Shown here: one piece after another, positions 1 to 10,107 of the stretch
How the letters are laid out: each line of letters starts with the position of its first letter
Numbering within the stretch: the first letter of the stretch is position 1
Origin: Candidatus Delongbacteria bacterium
Lineage (GTDB): Bacteria > CAIWAD01
Length of the DNA: 64,000 bases
Direction: 5' to 3'
Assembly: GCA_963663545.1 (NCBI GenBank)
Contig: OY760505.1
Coordinates: forward strand, 1,952,001 to 2,016,000
Program-made: the position numbers and the translations under genes
The notes under the pieces: generated by a model
What the model was told of the DNA's origin: nothing
Database searches by the model: none
What the model saw: the letters and a program-made list of their open reading frames with translations, nothing else

Positions 1-227
1 TTGATCTGCCGGAGGCCAACGTTGCGATTCAGGTCTCGGGCACCTTTGGCAGCCGTCAAGAAGAGGCGCAACGACTGGGGCGTGTGCTGCGACCCAAATC
101 GGGTGAGAATCAAGCATGGTTTTACACCTTGGTGACACGTGATACAATCGATCAGGAATTCGCGATGAACCGCCAGCTCTTTTTGACGGAGCAAGGGTAT
201 CGCTATGAAATCCGGAATTACGACTGA
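1..227 (+). CDS. DNA repair helicase XPB/Rad25 family, C-terminal part (5' end outside window)
   Basis: Frame from position 3 reads DLPEANVAIQVSGTFGSRQEEAQRLGRVLRPK...FYTLVTRDTIDQEFAMNRQLFLTEQGYRY, the SF2 motif V/VI region typical of XPB; TGA at 225-227. Confidence 0.9.
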   Translation, partial: DLPEANVAIQVSGTFGSRQEEAQRLGRVLRPKSGENQAWFYTLVTRDTIDQEFAMNRQLFLTEQGYRYEIRNYD

Positions 228-228
228 C

Positions 229-3200
229 GTGATACATTCTCGCACACTCATTTTGGCAGCAGCGCTCGGTGCCATATTCCAGAGCGCGGCCGCGTTAACG
301 GTTCCCGCCACTACGGGAGTACGGGTCGAGCAACTCACGCCGCAACGTGTTCATCTGCAATTGGTGGATGCCTACGCCGTGGGTCCTGTTCAACTAGTAT
401 TGGAAAGTGCCGGGGCACGACTGATCGCGTGTGACACGGCGGGGCGTGAATTCAGCCCCGTTGCACGAGAAATCAGTCGACAGCGCGATTCGCGACGGAT
501 GGGTCTCAGTATGCCCGCCGATGTGTTGCGTGAGGGCGTAACTCTGCGAGAAGAGGGGCTTCTTCCTGATTCGCGCTCTCTGGTAGGACCCCTTTCCGCT
601 GTCGATGCGGACGAGTGGGCGCCTTATGCTTTTCTGCGAATTGAAGTCGCAGAGACGGGCATGTATCGTATCACGCGGGAATGGTTGTCTGACTCGCTGC
701 GGGATTTTGACGTAGACTTGCAGAGTGACACGCGTAACTGGACACTGGTGCACAATGATGTCCCTGTGCCCATTTGGTTTGAAGGTGGCGACGACGGCGT
801 GTTCGATTCACAGGACGCGATTGTGTTCTGGGCAGAGTACACGCAAGTGGAAATGGAGGATCGCGGTCCCGACACCTGGATGGATCCGTGGACGAGTCTT
901 GAAACCTACATGCTGTGCTACAGGGCGGGTTACCCGGGTGTGCGCATGGCCCAGGAATCGGGCGAACTCGTCTCTACAAATCCGGACGACTACGTCACAC
1001 CGGTAAGTTTTCCCGACACACGTCATTACGAAGAAAACACATATGTATCGCGCTTGACCAGAGTTTTTGGTGACACACAACCTGATAACGAATCCTGGGG
1101 AAGCGGAATCTATGCTGGCGAACTGCGCAATTTCCAATTTCAAACTCCTGGTCTCGACAGGACCTCTTCGCTGTCGCCAAAACTGCGCGTGTGCCTGCGG
1201 GGATTCAGTGCTTCAGCGTACTCTGCAGAGTATGAGATCATTCAACGCGCTCAGATCTACCTGAACAATTTGGGCGGCGAAAGCATGGAAGTCGGTGCGG
1301 CCGGCGACTGGGGAAACCAGGCCTTGCGCATCGTGGAGTTTGGTGAAGAGACCTTTTCGGATCACACAGAGCTGGAGAGCCTGAACAATGTCGTACGCAT
1401 AGCGTGTCTTGATCAGGCTCCGGCAGACGATCGCAGCGCGGTGGTGCTGAATTGGTTCGAGCTGACCTATCAGCACAAATATGTCGCAACAGACGATGAG
1501 CTTGTCTTTGGCGCAGGCGACGAGCTGGACAATCAGTTGGTGTACTTCGATCTGCAGGGCTTCAGCAATGAACACGTCGACCTGTACAAACTGGGGAGCT
1601 CCAGCTTTCGAAATCATCTCATTCGCCGAGACGATCAAGGGTGGCGTGTGCGTTTTCAGGATGTCTACAGTCGTGACACGCGATACATCGCGCTTGGCGA
1701 TGACGCGTATCACACACCATTCCGTGTTCGTCCTGCAGAAGTACACGACCTGGCCGGTAACCTAGGTGGAGCCGCATATCTGATTGTTCTTTGTGATACG
1801 CTATACCGGGCTGGTGGCGCAGACGTGCTACAGCCTCTGGTGGATCACCTCGAACAGACCGTTGGCAACGTATTGCTCGTCAGCGATCGTTGGATCTACG
1901 ACGAGTTCAGTTCTGGCCGCTACCGGCCACACGGCATTCGCCGACTGCTGCAAACTGCTTGGCTGCGTTGGAACGAGGCCCCCGAGTATCTGTTGATGAT
2001 CGGCAGCGGCTCGCTGCAGCAGCGCTTTTCCGCGGAGGAAGAAGCGCCGACGTTACCTATCTATTATTCGCAGATGCGCAACTGGGGCGCAGCCTCCATT
2101 GATGATTGGTATACACGCACTTCGGCTGGGCATTGGCTGGGTACAATGCCTGCGCGATGGCCGGCAGAAAACCTGGAAGAGTTGCAGAACATGGTGGACA
2201 AGGTCCTGGCGTATGATGCGCAGACCTCGGCTGCCTGGAACAACTCGCTGCTAATGGTTGCCGGTGCGAAGGCGGTGGACGAGGGCGCGTTTCAAGCGCA
2301 CATGGAAGAGCTGATTCGCTACCATCTGCCGCATCGATTTTTCATTCGTCGCATCGAAGCCGGTGAAACTGGTGTGCGCTACATCGGTGGTCGGCAGGAA
2401 CTACTGGATTTCCTCGCACAGGGACAGGTCTTGGTCAATTATCACGGTCACGGTGGTAGTGATGTGTGGTACGACAACGATCTGTTGCGCGGGGAGGACG
2501 TTGCCCTGATGACAAACGAAGACCGGCTTCCCTTTGTGACCAACGTGACCTGTTTCATTGTATCACCGGAACCAGAAGAAACACTGGGTCGCAATCTGCT
2601 CAACACGGGACAGATGGGGGCAATCGGTGTCATGGGGTCGACCGCTGTTACCTTTCAGGAAGCGGGCAGCGAGCTGGGCAACTACTTCTACGATTACATT
2701 ACCAACAACCCGGAACTTAGCGTCGGGCAGGCTCTGCGTCTGGCCAAGGAGCGCATGTTTCTGTTGTATGTTAACGGCAGTAGTGAGGAGCAAACAGCTG
2801 CAGAAGCCGCCGCCGACATGATGGCCATTCTTGGACTTCCATCGCAGCAACTGCATTTGTCTCACGAAAGTCCGCTTGTCGTTGCCCTTGATCCACCCGT
2901 TGTCCGGCAGGGAGCTGGGTTCGTGATACAGGGTACGACGAATGGAAGCAGCATGGAACTGCAGGCAGAGCTCTACTCTGAATACGCTGACCCGTACCAG
3001 ACAAGCGAAGACTATGTCAACGATGTGTACCGCGTGTCGGGTAGTGCGCAAGGGAGTCAGGGCTGGTCGTTAGAGGTGGAAACCCCCAGCTCGTTGTTTC
3101 GTGGCGGTACGCCAGCTTCTGCTCGAGTGGTGATGGTGACCACCGACGGTGTTGAGGCCTCCGCTGCTGAGTTTTTCTTTGCCGACAGCCTTTCGTCGCT

Positions 3201-4845
3201 CTATCTGTGGGATGCGGCATTCATTCCGGAAACACCGCGTCCGGGTGATACGGCATCCTTTCGAGTGCGTGCGGCGGCTCCGGCTGACATTGACAGCCTT
3301 GTGATGCATACTATGCTGTATCACGTAAATGGCGATTCGATTGGTATGAGTACCAGGCTAGGCTTGATTCAGCAGAATCCGGACGACGCCACGCTCTACG
3401 GTAGTGAGGCAATACTGGGGCCGCTGCAAGAGGACGACTTGCTGAAGGTTGAGCTCGTGACACATTGGGGTGGTCAGAGTCAAGAAGGCGTGCCCATTTA
3501 TCTGCCTGTTGAGGTGGCAGCACCCTCCCTACAGGTTTCTTCTCTTGGGTATGGGCGCGACTTTGATGGTGCCATCGCTTTGCAGATCGACAATGTCGGC
3601 GATGCCGACTGTGCTAATGGCGATGCCACCTTGGTTATTCGTAATCAAAATGGTGATGTGATACAGCGGGAGATTCTGCCAACAATCGCGGCTGGTGCTC
3701 GCGAACAACGGCGTCTGCTGCTGCATGCCGGCATCTTGGGTGACAGCCTGAACTTTGCACTGGAGCCAGCGGAGCTCCTTGATGGTCTTTCCGGACTGCC
3801 GGAGACCCTTGTGCTGAATGAGCTGTTCATTAGCCTGGCGGATACTCTGCTGCAGGGAAACCGTCCGGTAACACAACACATCGACCTGGAGAGGCCTGCG
3901 GCTCCGGGAGCGCTGCTGGCCGTGCGTCTTGTTGATGACGCCAGCCTGCTGGAGCATCAACCGGGGTTGGAGCAGATTGGCAGCGCCGTGGCCTGGGAGT
4001 GGGTTCACGGAGAAGATGAGTTCGTTAACGGCGTGTATCACGTAGATGGATTGGACTCGCTACGTCTGGCGAACCTGAGTTTGCTATCGCTTTCATCTCG
4101 CGCAGATTTTCTTGTATCACATTTACAAGGATCAGCCAGCTTGTCGTCTCAAACCGAGGACGCCTTGCGATTTGACTTCCAGCTAAAGGGCGGCGGCGTC
4201 GGTGCGGGTTGGTTCTATGACGAGGAAGCGCCCACACTTGAGTTGCAGATCGAAAATCAGATCTATAGTCCCGGAGGCTTTGTACCACGCGAGCCCTCCT
4301 TTTCGTTGATTCTGACGGACCGTAACGGAATTGATGAGGGCAATGGTCTCACGCTTTCGTTCGATGATGTGGTCGTGGATGCCGCTGATGTTGCATTCCA
4401 GGAGAACAGCAATCCGGGAAGAATGGTCCTGCGTGTTACACCGGATACTTACGGGGCTGATACCGACAGCTTGCACACTCTAGCGGTATCGAGTGCAGAT
4501 GCCGCTGGCAACCGCGCTGAGGCCGAATATCAGTTCTACCTTTCGGATGATTTTAGGCTGGAATACATCGGGAACTACCCCAATCCTTTCCAGCGTGAGA
4601 CACGCTTCGTTTTCAAGCTGACGGGTGTTGCCACACGCGCCAGTATTGAACTCTTCACCATTTCGGGGCGCCCCATTCGCACCTTGCGCGTCGATGGTCC
4701 CATCATCGATTACAACGAATTGATGTGGGATGGCCGGGACCAGCGGGGAGACCTCGTCGCGAACGGTGTGTATTTCTACCGCTTTGTAGCCCACCGCGAA
4801 GGCGGACAGATCGAATACGTTGGCAAAATGGCCAAGCTGAAGTGA
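229..4845 (+). CDS. Peptidase C25 (gingipain/PorU-like) with C-terminal T9SS/FlgD-Ig sorting domain
   Basis: Signal peptide; IYDEFSSG, catalytic His in NYHGHGG and Cys in NVTCF; C-terminus NYPNPF...WDGRDQRGDLVANGVYFYRF...KMAKLK. Start placed at GTG 229, after the XPB stop (ORF track start 205). Confidence 0.8.
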   Translation: MIHSRTLILAAALGAIFQSAAALTVPATTGVRVEQLTPQRVHLQLVDAYAVGPVQLVLESAGARLIACDTAGREFSPVAREISRQRDSRRMGLSMPADVLREGVTLREEGLLPDSRSLVGPLSAVDADEWAPYAFLRIEVAETGMYRITREWLSDSLRDFDVDLQSDTRNWTLVHNDVPVPIWFEGGDDGVFDSQDAIVFWAEYTQVEMEDRGPDTWMDPWTSLETYMLCYRAGYPGVRMAQESGELVSTNPDDYVTPVSFPDTRHYEENTYVSRLTRVFGDTQPDNESWGSGIYAGELRNFQFQTPGLDRTSSLSPKLRVCLRGFSASAYSAEYEIIQRAQIYLNNLGGESMEVGAAGDWGNQALRIVEFGEETFSDHTELESLNNVVRIACLDQAPADDRSAVVLNWFELTYQHKYVATDDELVFGAGDELDNQLVYFDLQGFSNEHVDLYKLGSSSFRNHLIRRDDQGWRVRFQDVYSRDTRYIALGDDAYHTPFRVRPAEVHDLAGNLGGAAYLIVLCDTLYRAGGADVLQPLVDHLEQTVGNVLLVSDRWIYDEFSSGRYRPHGIRRLLQTAWLRWNEAPEYLLMIGSGSLQQRFSAEEEAPTLPIYYSQMRNWGAASIDDWYTRTSAGHWLGTMPARWPAENLEELQNMVDKVLAYDAQTSAAWNNSLLMVAGAKAVDEGAFQAHMEELIRYHLPHRFFIRRIEAGETGVRYIGGRQELLDFLAQGQVLVNYHGHGGSDVWYDNDLLRGEDVALMTNEDRLPFVTNVTCFIVSPEPEETLGRNLLNTGQMGAIGVMGSTAVTFQEAGSELGNYFYDYITNNPELSVGQALRLAKERMFLLYVNGSSEEQTAAEAAADMMAILGLPSQQLHLSHESPLVVALDPPVVRQGAGFVIQGTTNGSSMELQAELYSEYADPYQTSEDYVNDVYRVSGSAQGSQGWSLEVETPSSLFRGGTPASARVVMVTTDGVEASAAEFFFADSLSSLYLWDAAFIPETPRPGDTASFRVRAAAPADIDSLVMHTMLYHVNGDSIGMSTRLGLIQQNPDDATLYGSEAILGPLQEDDLLKVELVTHWGGQSQEGVPIYLPVEVAAPSLQVSSLGYGRDFDGAIALQIDNVGDADCANGDATLVIRNQNGDVIQREILPTIAAGAREQRRLLLHAGILGDSLNFALEPAELLDGLSGLPETLVLNELFISLADTLLQGNRPVTQHIDLERPAAPGALLAVRLVDDASLLEHQPGLEQIGSAVAWEWVHGEDEFVNGVYHVDGLDSLRLANLSLLSLSSRADFLVSHLQGSASLSSQTEDALRFDFQLKGGGVGAGWFYDEEAPTLELQIENQIYSPGGFVPREPSFSLILTDRNGIDEGNGLTLSFDDVVVDAADVAFQENSNPGRMVLRVTPDTYGADTDSLHTLAVSSADAAGNRAEAEYQFYLSDDFRLEYIGNYPNPFQRETRFVFKLTGVATRASIELFTISGRPIRTLRVDGPIIDYNELMWDGRDQRGDLVANGVYFYRFVAHREGGQIEYVGKMAKLK

Positions 4846-4852
4846 GTGATAC

Positions 4853-5872
4853 ATGAAGCACGCGATGCACATGATCCTGACGGCTGTCTGCGCGCTGTTG
4901 CTGCTGCCAGGGACACTTTTCGCTGGCAAGTATGCGGGCGAGTTTCTGGCGCTGGGCCTGGGTGCGCGCGGACTTGCCATGGGCCAGGCAATGACCGCAC
5001 TTAGCGATGATCCCTTTTCGTTCATCTGGAATCCCGCTGGCCTGGCACGCGTAGATCAGCGCTCGATCTCCGGAACAGCGGCAACGAACTTCGGCACGGT
5101 GGGAGATCCCCTCAGCAGTCACATGCATCTGGGATATACGATGCCCATTGGACCCGCAAACATCGCCATCAACTACGTGCGTTTGGCTATTAGCGAGATC
5201 CCGCGTTACCCCGGCTACTCCGACACGGACTACATCCTCGAGGAGCGGCGCCGATTAATTGAAGAACACGGTGGCGCTCCCGATGGATTTTTTGATGCCT
5301 CAGATCAGGCTTTGTATCTGAGTTTTGCCCGTATGAGTCAGTTCCAGTTGGGTTTCGGCTGGCTTTATCGACCTCTCGTGTTACGCGTTCCCTACGGAGT
5401 AAATGCAAAGGTTTTGTACTCGAATCTCGACTCAGAGAACGCACAAGGGCTTGGTGTGGACACTGGAATTCAGATGATCACACCGCTCTACGACATGCTT
5501 GGTTGGCGCTATCTTGGTGAACTCACGTTGGGTCTTCGCTTGGACAACATGACCAACACAGGCCTGAACTGGGATGGCGGCACGGATGCGATCAACTACA
5601 ATTGGGTGACCGGGCTTGCCTGGTCTACGGATATCGGTGATACAAAAATCGCGCTGGCCTGCGACTGGGATCATCGCTATGATACGACTCGTCATGCCGG
5701 TATCGAGCTCAGCTATCTCAACCGCGTCGCTCTGCGTCTTGGGCATCAGGGGCGTGACGGAGACATTACCTATGGCGCCGGTTTGCAGTTGGGGCACATC
5801 GGCATCGACTACGCTGGCCTGGAACACGTGCTCGGGCGCGTTCATCGAATGAGTTTCAGCTATGCTTTTTAG
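4853..5872 (+). CDS. PorV/PorQ-family outer-membrane beta-barrel
   Basis: FLALGLGARGLAMGQA...IWNPAGLA signature, C-terminal aromatic residue (SYAF), directly after the PorU-like gene. Confidence 0.8.
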   Translation: MKHAMHMILTAVCALLLLPGTLFAGKYAGEFLALGLGARGLAMGQAMTALSDDPFSFIWNPAGLARVDQRSISGTAATNFGTVGDPLSSHMHLGYTMPIGPANIAINYVRLAISEIPRYPGYSDTDYILEERRRLIEEHGGAPDGFFDASDQALYLSFARMSQFQLGFGWLYRPLVLRVPYGVNAKVLYSNLDSENAQGLGVDTGIQMITPLYDMLGWRYLGELTLGLRLDNMTNTGLNWDGGTDAINYNWVTGLAWSTDIGDTKIALACDWDHRYDTTRHAGIELSYLNRVALRLGHQGRDGDITYGAGLQLGHIGIDYAGLEHVLGRVHRMSFSYAF

Positions 5873-6680
5873 AATCATTTCCATTGCAGCCATGCTCATG
5901 CTGATCGCAGGGTGCGTAGAGAACACGGGCGATGAGGATACTACACCTCCTCAGGCACCGGTGTTGCGCGAAAAACTGTGTTACGGTGATGCACCGGAGT
6001 TCCCAGAGCAGGGCATTGATATTGAGTCTGGTTCGAGCGGAAGTCCAGGCATTCGTATTGAATGGATCCTACCCCAAGTGCCGGAAGATTTGGCGGGCTT
6101 TCGCGTCTATAGCGCAACGAGTCCGGACTCGGAGTTTGTATCACTTGGTTTTGATCCCCTGTCATTTTTGGATGATCCACAGGCCGAGTACTACTTCGCC
6201 GTAGATCGTGGTTCAATCTATCCTTCTGAACAGGTTCCATCCCACGGAAAGAGGCAGTGGTATTGTGTCACAGCGATCGACGACTCTGGCAACGAAAGTG
6301 CACCATCGGACACCGTGAGTTATCAGCTGTGGGATAGTTGCAACATCAGCGAATCACAAGTGGTCGTCGCGGACGACAGTCTGATCGTCGAATGGACCTA
6401 TGATCACGGCTGGCCCGATGGGCTGCGGGGGCACATGTGCTTTGTCGTACCAGCGTCCCGCGATAGCGTCTGCTGGTCGCATTTTGTTCAGCAGGATTTG
6501 GAGCAGCACGTTTTTCAGTTCCGTTGGAGTCTTGAGGACGAGCTGAGGCTGCTGCCCGGCGATTATCGCTTGCGCGTGGATACCGTCATTGATGCGGGCA
6601 CGATCTCTGATGCTGTATCCAATCCATCGGGATGCGCGCTTGCAGGCTCCGAATCTACTTGGATTTCCTTTACTTATTAG
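5862..6680 (+). CDS. Lipoprotein with fibronectin type III-like domain
   Basis: Lipobox IAGC; DTTPPQAP, DLAGFRVY and YCVTAIDDSGNESAPS FN3-like motifs. Confidence 0.7.
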   Translation: MLFRIISIAAMLMLIAGCVENTGDEDTTPPQAPVLREKLCYGDAPEFPEQGIDIESGSSGSPGIRIEWILPQVPEDLAGFRVYSATSPDSEFVSLGFDPLSFLDDPQAEYYFAVDRGSIYPSEQVPSHGKRQWYCVTAIDDSGNESAPSDTVSYQLWDSCNISESQVVVADDSLIVEWTYDHGWPDGLRGHMCFVVPASRDSVCWSHFVQQDLEQHVFQFRWSLEDELRLLPGDYRLRVDTVIDAGTISDAVSNPSGCALAGSESTWISFTY

Positions 6681-6702
6681 CTTCTTGGCAAAGGAATGTG
6701 AC

Positions 6703-7206
6703 GTGATCAGACAACTGGAATACTTCGGCCGGATCCTTATTCTTATAGCAGCGCTACTGTTGCCGCTGCATGCGTTTGCTGAAATGGCCGCTCTGCAGCC
6801 GGTCCCGAACGAGACAAACAACGTTGCCCAGTACTTTCTGGGAGACCGTGACGGTATCTATATTACGGTCAACGTCTGGGGAAAAGTGCGCCGGCCGGGC
6901 CAATACAATGTTCCCAGTGGCACAGATCTGATGACGCTGCTTTCCGTAGCTGGTGGACCCGCGGAGAACGCGAAACTAAACGACGTTCGCATTATTCGGC
7001 AGATCAATCAGCACGAAGAGATATTGGACATCGACATCAGGCGTTACCTGGAAACGGGTGATCTCAGCCTGATTCCGGAGATTCGACCCGGTGATACAGT
7101 GCTTGTCAAAGGCAGCGGCTGGGCGGTTGTGCAAAAAGTCGTAAGCGCTATTGGACAAGTCGGAATTGTGTTGAACGCGATTGTTCTGTGGCAGCGGCTC
7201 GACTAG
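6703..7206 (+). CDS. SLBB-domain protein (polysaccharide export, Wza-like module)
   Basis: VNVWGKVRRPGQYNVPSGTDLMTLLSVAGG...IRPGDTVLV; GTG start after AAGGA. Confidence 0.8.
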   Translation: MIRQLEYFGRILILIAALLLPLHAFAEMAALQPVPNETNNVAQYFLGDRDGIYITVNVWGKVRRPGQYNVPSGTDLMTLLSVAGGPAENAKLNDVRIIRQINQHEEILDIDIRRYLETGDLSLIPEIRPGDTVLVKGSGWAVVQKVVSAIGQVGIVLNAIVLWQRLD

Positions 7207-7231
7207 CGAGCACGGGTAGCGGAGGAAAAGG

Positions 7232-8428
7232 ATGAAGAAGGTTCTGGCGCTTTTCAGTGGATCTTTGCTGTTGGTCTCCTGCGCGTTTGCGACGCAGCAG
7301 TACCTTGGCGGCTATTCCCTGCCGAACACGATCACAGCGAACCCCCTGCCTCCTGGACGACTGTCGATCGGGTGGCAGACACGCACCTGGTTCAAGACGA
7401 TTGATGGCGCGATGTATTCTGACATCTCGCAAGCGGTGCCGATCGCTTTTGGCTTCAGTCGTCACACCGAGTTGGAACTGACGCCGATCATCTATCAGGA
7501 TCTCAACTTGAGCAGTGGTTCTGAAGGAGCCACATACAATGCCATGGACGATCTTTACGTCCGCTTCAAGTGGCTGGGCTATAACGTTAGCATGTTCAAC
7601 CGCACCTTCTCGCTCGGTTGGCATTTCAGCACTCGCATGGCCACGTCCAACTACACCAATGTGTATCTGGAGCCCTATTCCAGCGATTCCAACGAGCTGA
7701 GCCTGGGTAGTGTATTGAGCTACTTCAGCAACCAGCTTTATCCGGAAGAAGCCTGGAGTGCGCATTTCAACCTGACGTATCACAACTACAACGACGGCGG
7801 CAAGACCGACGATGTGGATTTGTTCTCGGGCTCCACTCAGGCGCTGGAATATGCGTTGGCTTATAAGAAGCCCGGGTTGCGCTGGGACATGGCAGCAGAG
7901 CTCTACGGAAATATCTACACCGACAAGCCTGGCAACTATGCTATCAATCCCACTTCGGCAGCATGGATCAAGCCAAGTATCAGCTACAAGATCTTCGCCG
8001 GTTTGTCCATCAACATGGGCATCGACGTGTTGCTCTTTGAAGATGCTCCGCACGAAGTCGTTTTGTACCGCCGTCCTGATGACACAACGCCGCTGCCCGA
8101 TGGCTTCACCTCGGCCTGGTCCAGGCCCTCTGCGGATTTTCCCGAGTTCAATCCGCCTTTCCGTTTCTGTTTTGGCCTGACCTTCCAGCCGTCAACGGCC
8201 TTTAATCGCATGGACACCTTCTCGCGCGATGTCCGTCCCGCCAGCCAGCGGGACTGGGAAAGTCGCCAGAGCACGGGTATGACAGAGCGCGAAATGATTG
8301 ACTGGTTGAGCTCCGAAGAGAACAGCGCCGAGTACCTCGACCTCGAGTTGGAGAAGATCCGTGCACAACGCCGCGCTGCCGAGCAGGAGCTCGAGCGCCT
8401 GCGTCGCAAGATGAACAGCGGCAACTGA
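7232..8428 (+). CDS. Secreted or outer-membrane beta-rich protein with C-terminal coiled coil
   Basis: GGAGGA RBS, signal peptide, amphipathic strands, terminal ELEKIRAQRRAAEQELERLRRKM. Confidence 0.55.
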   Translation: MKKVLALFSGSLLLVSCAFATQQYLGGYSLPNTITANPLPPGRLSIGWQTRTWFKTIDGAMYSDISQAVPIAFGFSRHTELELTPIIYQDLNLSSGSEGATYNAMDDLYVRFKWLGYNVSMFNRTFSLGWHFSTRMATSNYTNVYLEPYSSDSNELSLGSVLSYFSNQLYPEEAWSAHFNLTYHNYNDGGKTDDVDLFSGSTQALEYALAYKKPGLRWDMAAELYGNIYTDKPGNYAINPTSAAWIKPSISYKIFAGLSINMGIDVLLFEDAPHEVVLYRRPDDTTPLPDGFTSAWSRPSADFPEFNPPFRFCFGLTFQPSTAFNRMDTFSRDVRPASQRDWESRQSTGMTEREMIDWLSSEENSAEYLDLELEKIRAQRRAAEQELERLRRKMNSGN

Positions 8429-8450
8429 TTCCGTATCAGCAGAGATTCCC

Positions 8451-8475
8451 AGGGCCCCCGCGGGGGCCCTTTCTT
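8451..8475 (+). terminator. Probable intrinsic terminator
   Basis: AGGGCCCCC-GC-GGGGGCCCT inverted repeat followed by TTCTT. Confidence 0.55.
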
Positions 8476-8480
8476 GTACA

Positions 8481-9617
8481 ATGAAAATGCTGCTATCAAA
8501 GAAAGAGCATGTAGCACTCTTGGACTGGTTTGACCGCGAGGCGCGCGACCTGCCATGGCGCTACGAGCGCAGCTCCTATCGAGTCTGGATCAGCGAAGTC
8601 ATGCTGCAGCAGACACGTGTCTCCACGGTTGTCGACTACTACAAGCGCTTCATGACCGAGCTTCCGACGCTGCCGCATCTCGCGCGTGTTGACGAGGACC
8701 GCCTGCTAGCGCTGTGGTCGGGACTTGGCTATTACAGCCGAGCCCGCCGACTGAAGCAGGCTGCGCAAAGCGTTGTGATACATCACGGAGGTGAACTCCC
8801 GAGGGAGTACGCTTCTTTGGCCGCTTTGCCCGGATTTGGCCCCTACACGACAGCGGCCGTGCTTAGTCTGGCACACAATCAGGATTTTGCGGTGCTTGAT
8901 GGGAATGTGATACGCGTCTATAGCCGGCTGTTTGCCTTGGATAGTGATGTATCACAACCATCAACCCTTGTTGAGCTGCAGAGGGTTGCGGACACGAATT
9001 TGATGAAGGGGCGAGCCGGGAATTGGAACGAAGCGCTAATGGAGCTCGGCGCGCTTGTCTGCACGCCACGATCGCCATCGTGTGATACATGTCCGCTGCG
9101 CAGTTGCTGCCTAGCCCTGAAAGAGTGTCGCGTTCTTGAGCTTCCTCGAAAGCGAAAGAAGCCAACCAATCCTTGCTATCTGCAATCCAGCCTGCTACTG
9201 CTGGATCACGAGGATCGATTGCTGCTGGAGAGGCGGCCGGACACGGGCCTCCTGGCCGGGCTGTGGGCCTTGCCAGAGTTCCGCGGCCCGGAAGTTGAGC
9301 GGCGGAGGCTGCTGCGTCCAGAGAAGCAAGTAGCGCAACGAAGCGTTGTATCACAGGAGGAAGAGGTTCTCGGCCTTCATGCAGATCATCTTGCGATGCG
9401 CAAGTCAAAGGGTGATCCACTTGTTTTTGTTCGAAGTCTGCCCCCATTCTTGCATCACTATAGTCATTACTCGGTTGAGATTCATGGCGTCCTTTGCCGC
9501 CTGGCAGGCGTTGCAGAATCGCGCGATGCACAGCGCTGGTTGAAGGCGGGGGAGATTGTGGAAGAGGGGATCTCTGCGTCTGATCGTCGCTTGATCGAGC
9601 TCCTGTCATTGCTTTGA
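8481..9617 (+). CDS. mutY: A/G-specific adenine glycosylase MutY
   Basis: RDLPWR, WISEVMLQQT, GLGYYSRA, HhH LPGFGPYTT, DGNVIRV, 4Fe-4S motif CTPRSPSCDTCPLRSCC, NUDIX-like tail. Confidence 0.95.
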   Translation: MKMLLSKKEHVALLDWFDREARDLPWRYERSSYRVWISEVMLQQTRVSTVVDYYKRFMTELPTLPHLARVDEDRLLALWSGLGYYSRARRLKQAAQSVVIHHGGELPREYASLAALPGFGPYTTAAVLSLAHNQDFAVLDGNVIRVYSRLFALDSDVSQPSTLVELQRVADTNLMKGRAGNWNEALMELGALVCTPRSPSCDTCPLRSCCLALKECRVLELPRKRKKPTNPCYLQSSLLLLDHEDRLLLERRPDTGLLAGLWALPEFRGPEVERRRLLRPEKQVAQRSVVSQEEEVLGLHADHLAMRKSKGDPLVFVRSLPPFLHHYSHYSVEIHGVLCRLAGVAESRDAQRWLKAGEIVEEGISASDRRLIELLSLL

Positions 9618-9668
9618 CAAGGTGTGATTTGCTGGTAGATTCCGCCCAGGGCAACCAAACTGGTGTCT

Positions 9669-10034
9669 ATGAAAAAACTATTGATCGCATTGCTACCGCT
9701 GTTGCTGGTGGCCTGTTCACCCGAAGAAGAGAGTGTTTCGTTGCGGTTGACAGTGACCGGAAATGTATCCACCGCCCTCGTGCAATATGCGGTAAATGGA
9801 TCCTGGAACTCGGTAGCTGCTGCAGAAATGCCCTGGAGTCTCGATCTGCAGGTTGAGGCAGGGGCGAGCCTGCACCTGTTCGCGCGCAGTGAAAACAGAG
9901 AGGCATCACTGGTCGCACTCGTGTATCACGGAGAGGCCTTGGTTGGTCAGGCGATGTCCTGTTTTTGCAACCTGGAGTACGTGTCTGTGGAGGTCATTCT
10001 CACAGGGGATGACTGGCCCTTGCAGGAAATCTAA
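9669..10034 (+). CDS. Small lipoprotein, unknown function
   Basis: MKKLLIALLPLLLVAC lipobox. Confidence 0.65.
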   Translation: MKKLLIALLPLLLVACSPEEESVSLRLTVTGNVSTALVQYAVNGSWNSVAAAEMPWSLDLQVEAGASLHLFARSENREASLVALVYHGEALVGQAMSCFCNLEYVSVEVILTGDDWPLQEI

Positions 10035-10107
10035 ACAGGTCGAGTGTGGTCCCCTTGCCGTTACTCTGCTACTTTTCGCGGAACGAACAAGGCTCCGGAG
10101 TACAGCA

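Noticed and set aside
9853..10107. N-terminal extensions in the ORF track (also 19389, 39714, 45559, 48771, 6589)
   Set aside because: They overlap neighbouring genes or intergenic signals; downstream starts have an RBS, a signal peptide or a family-typical N-terminus
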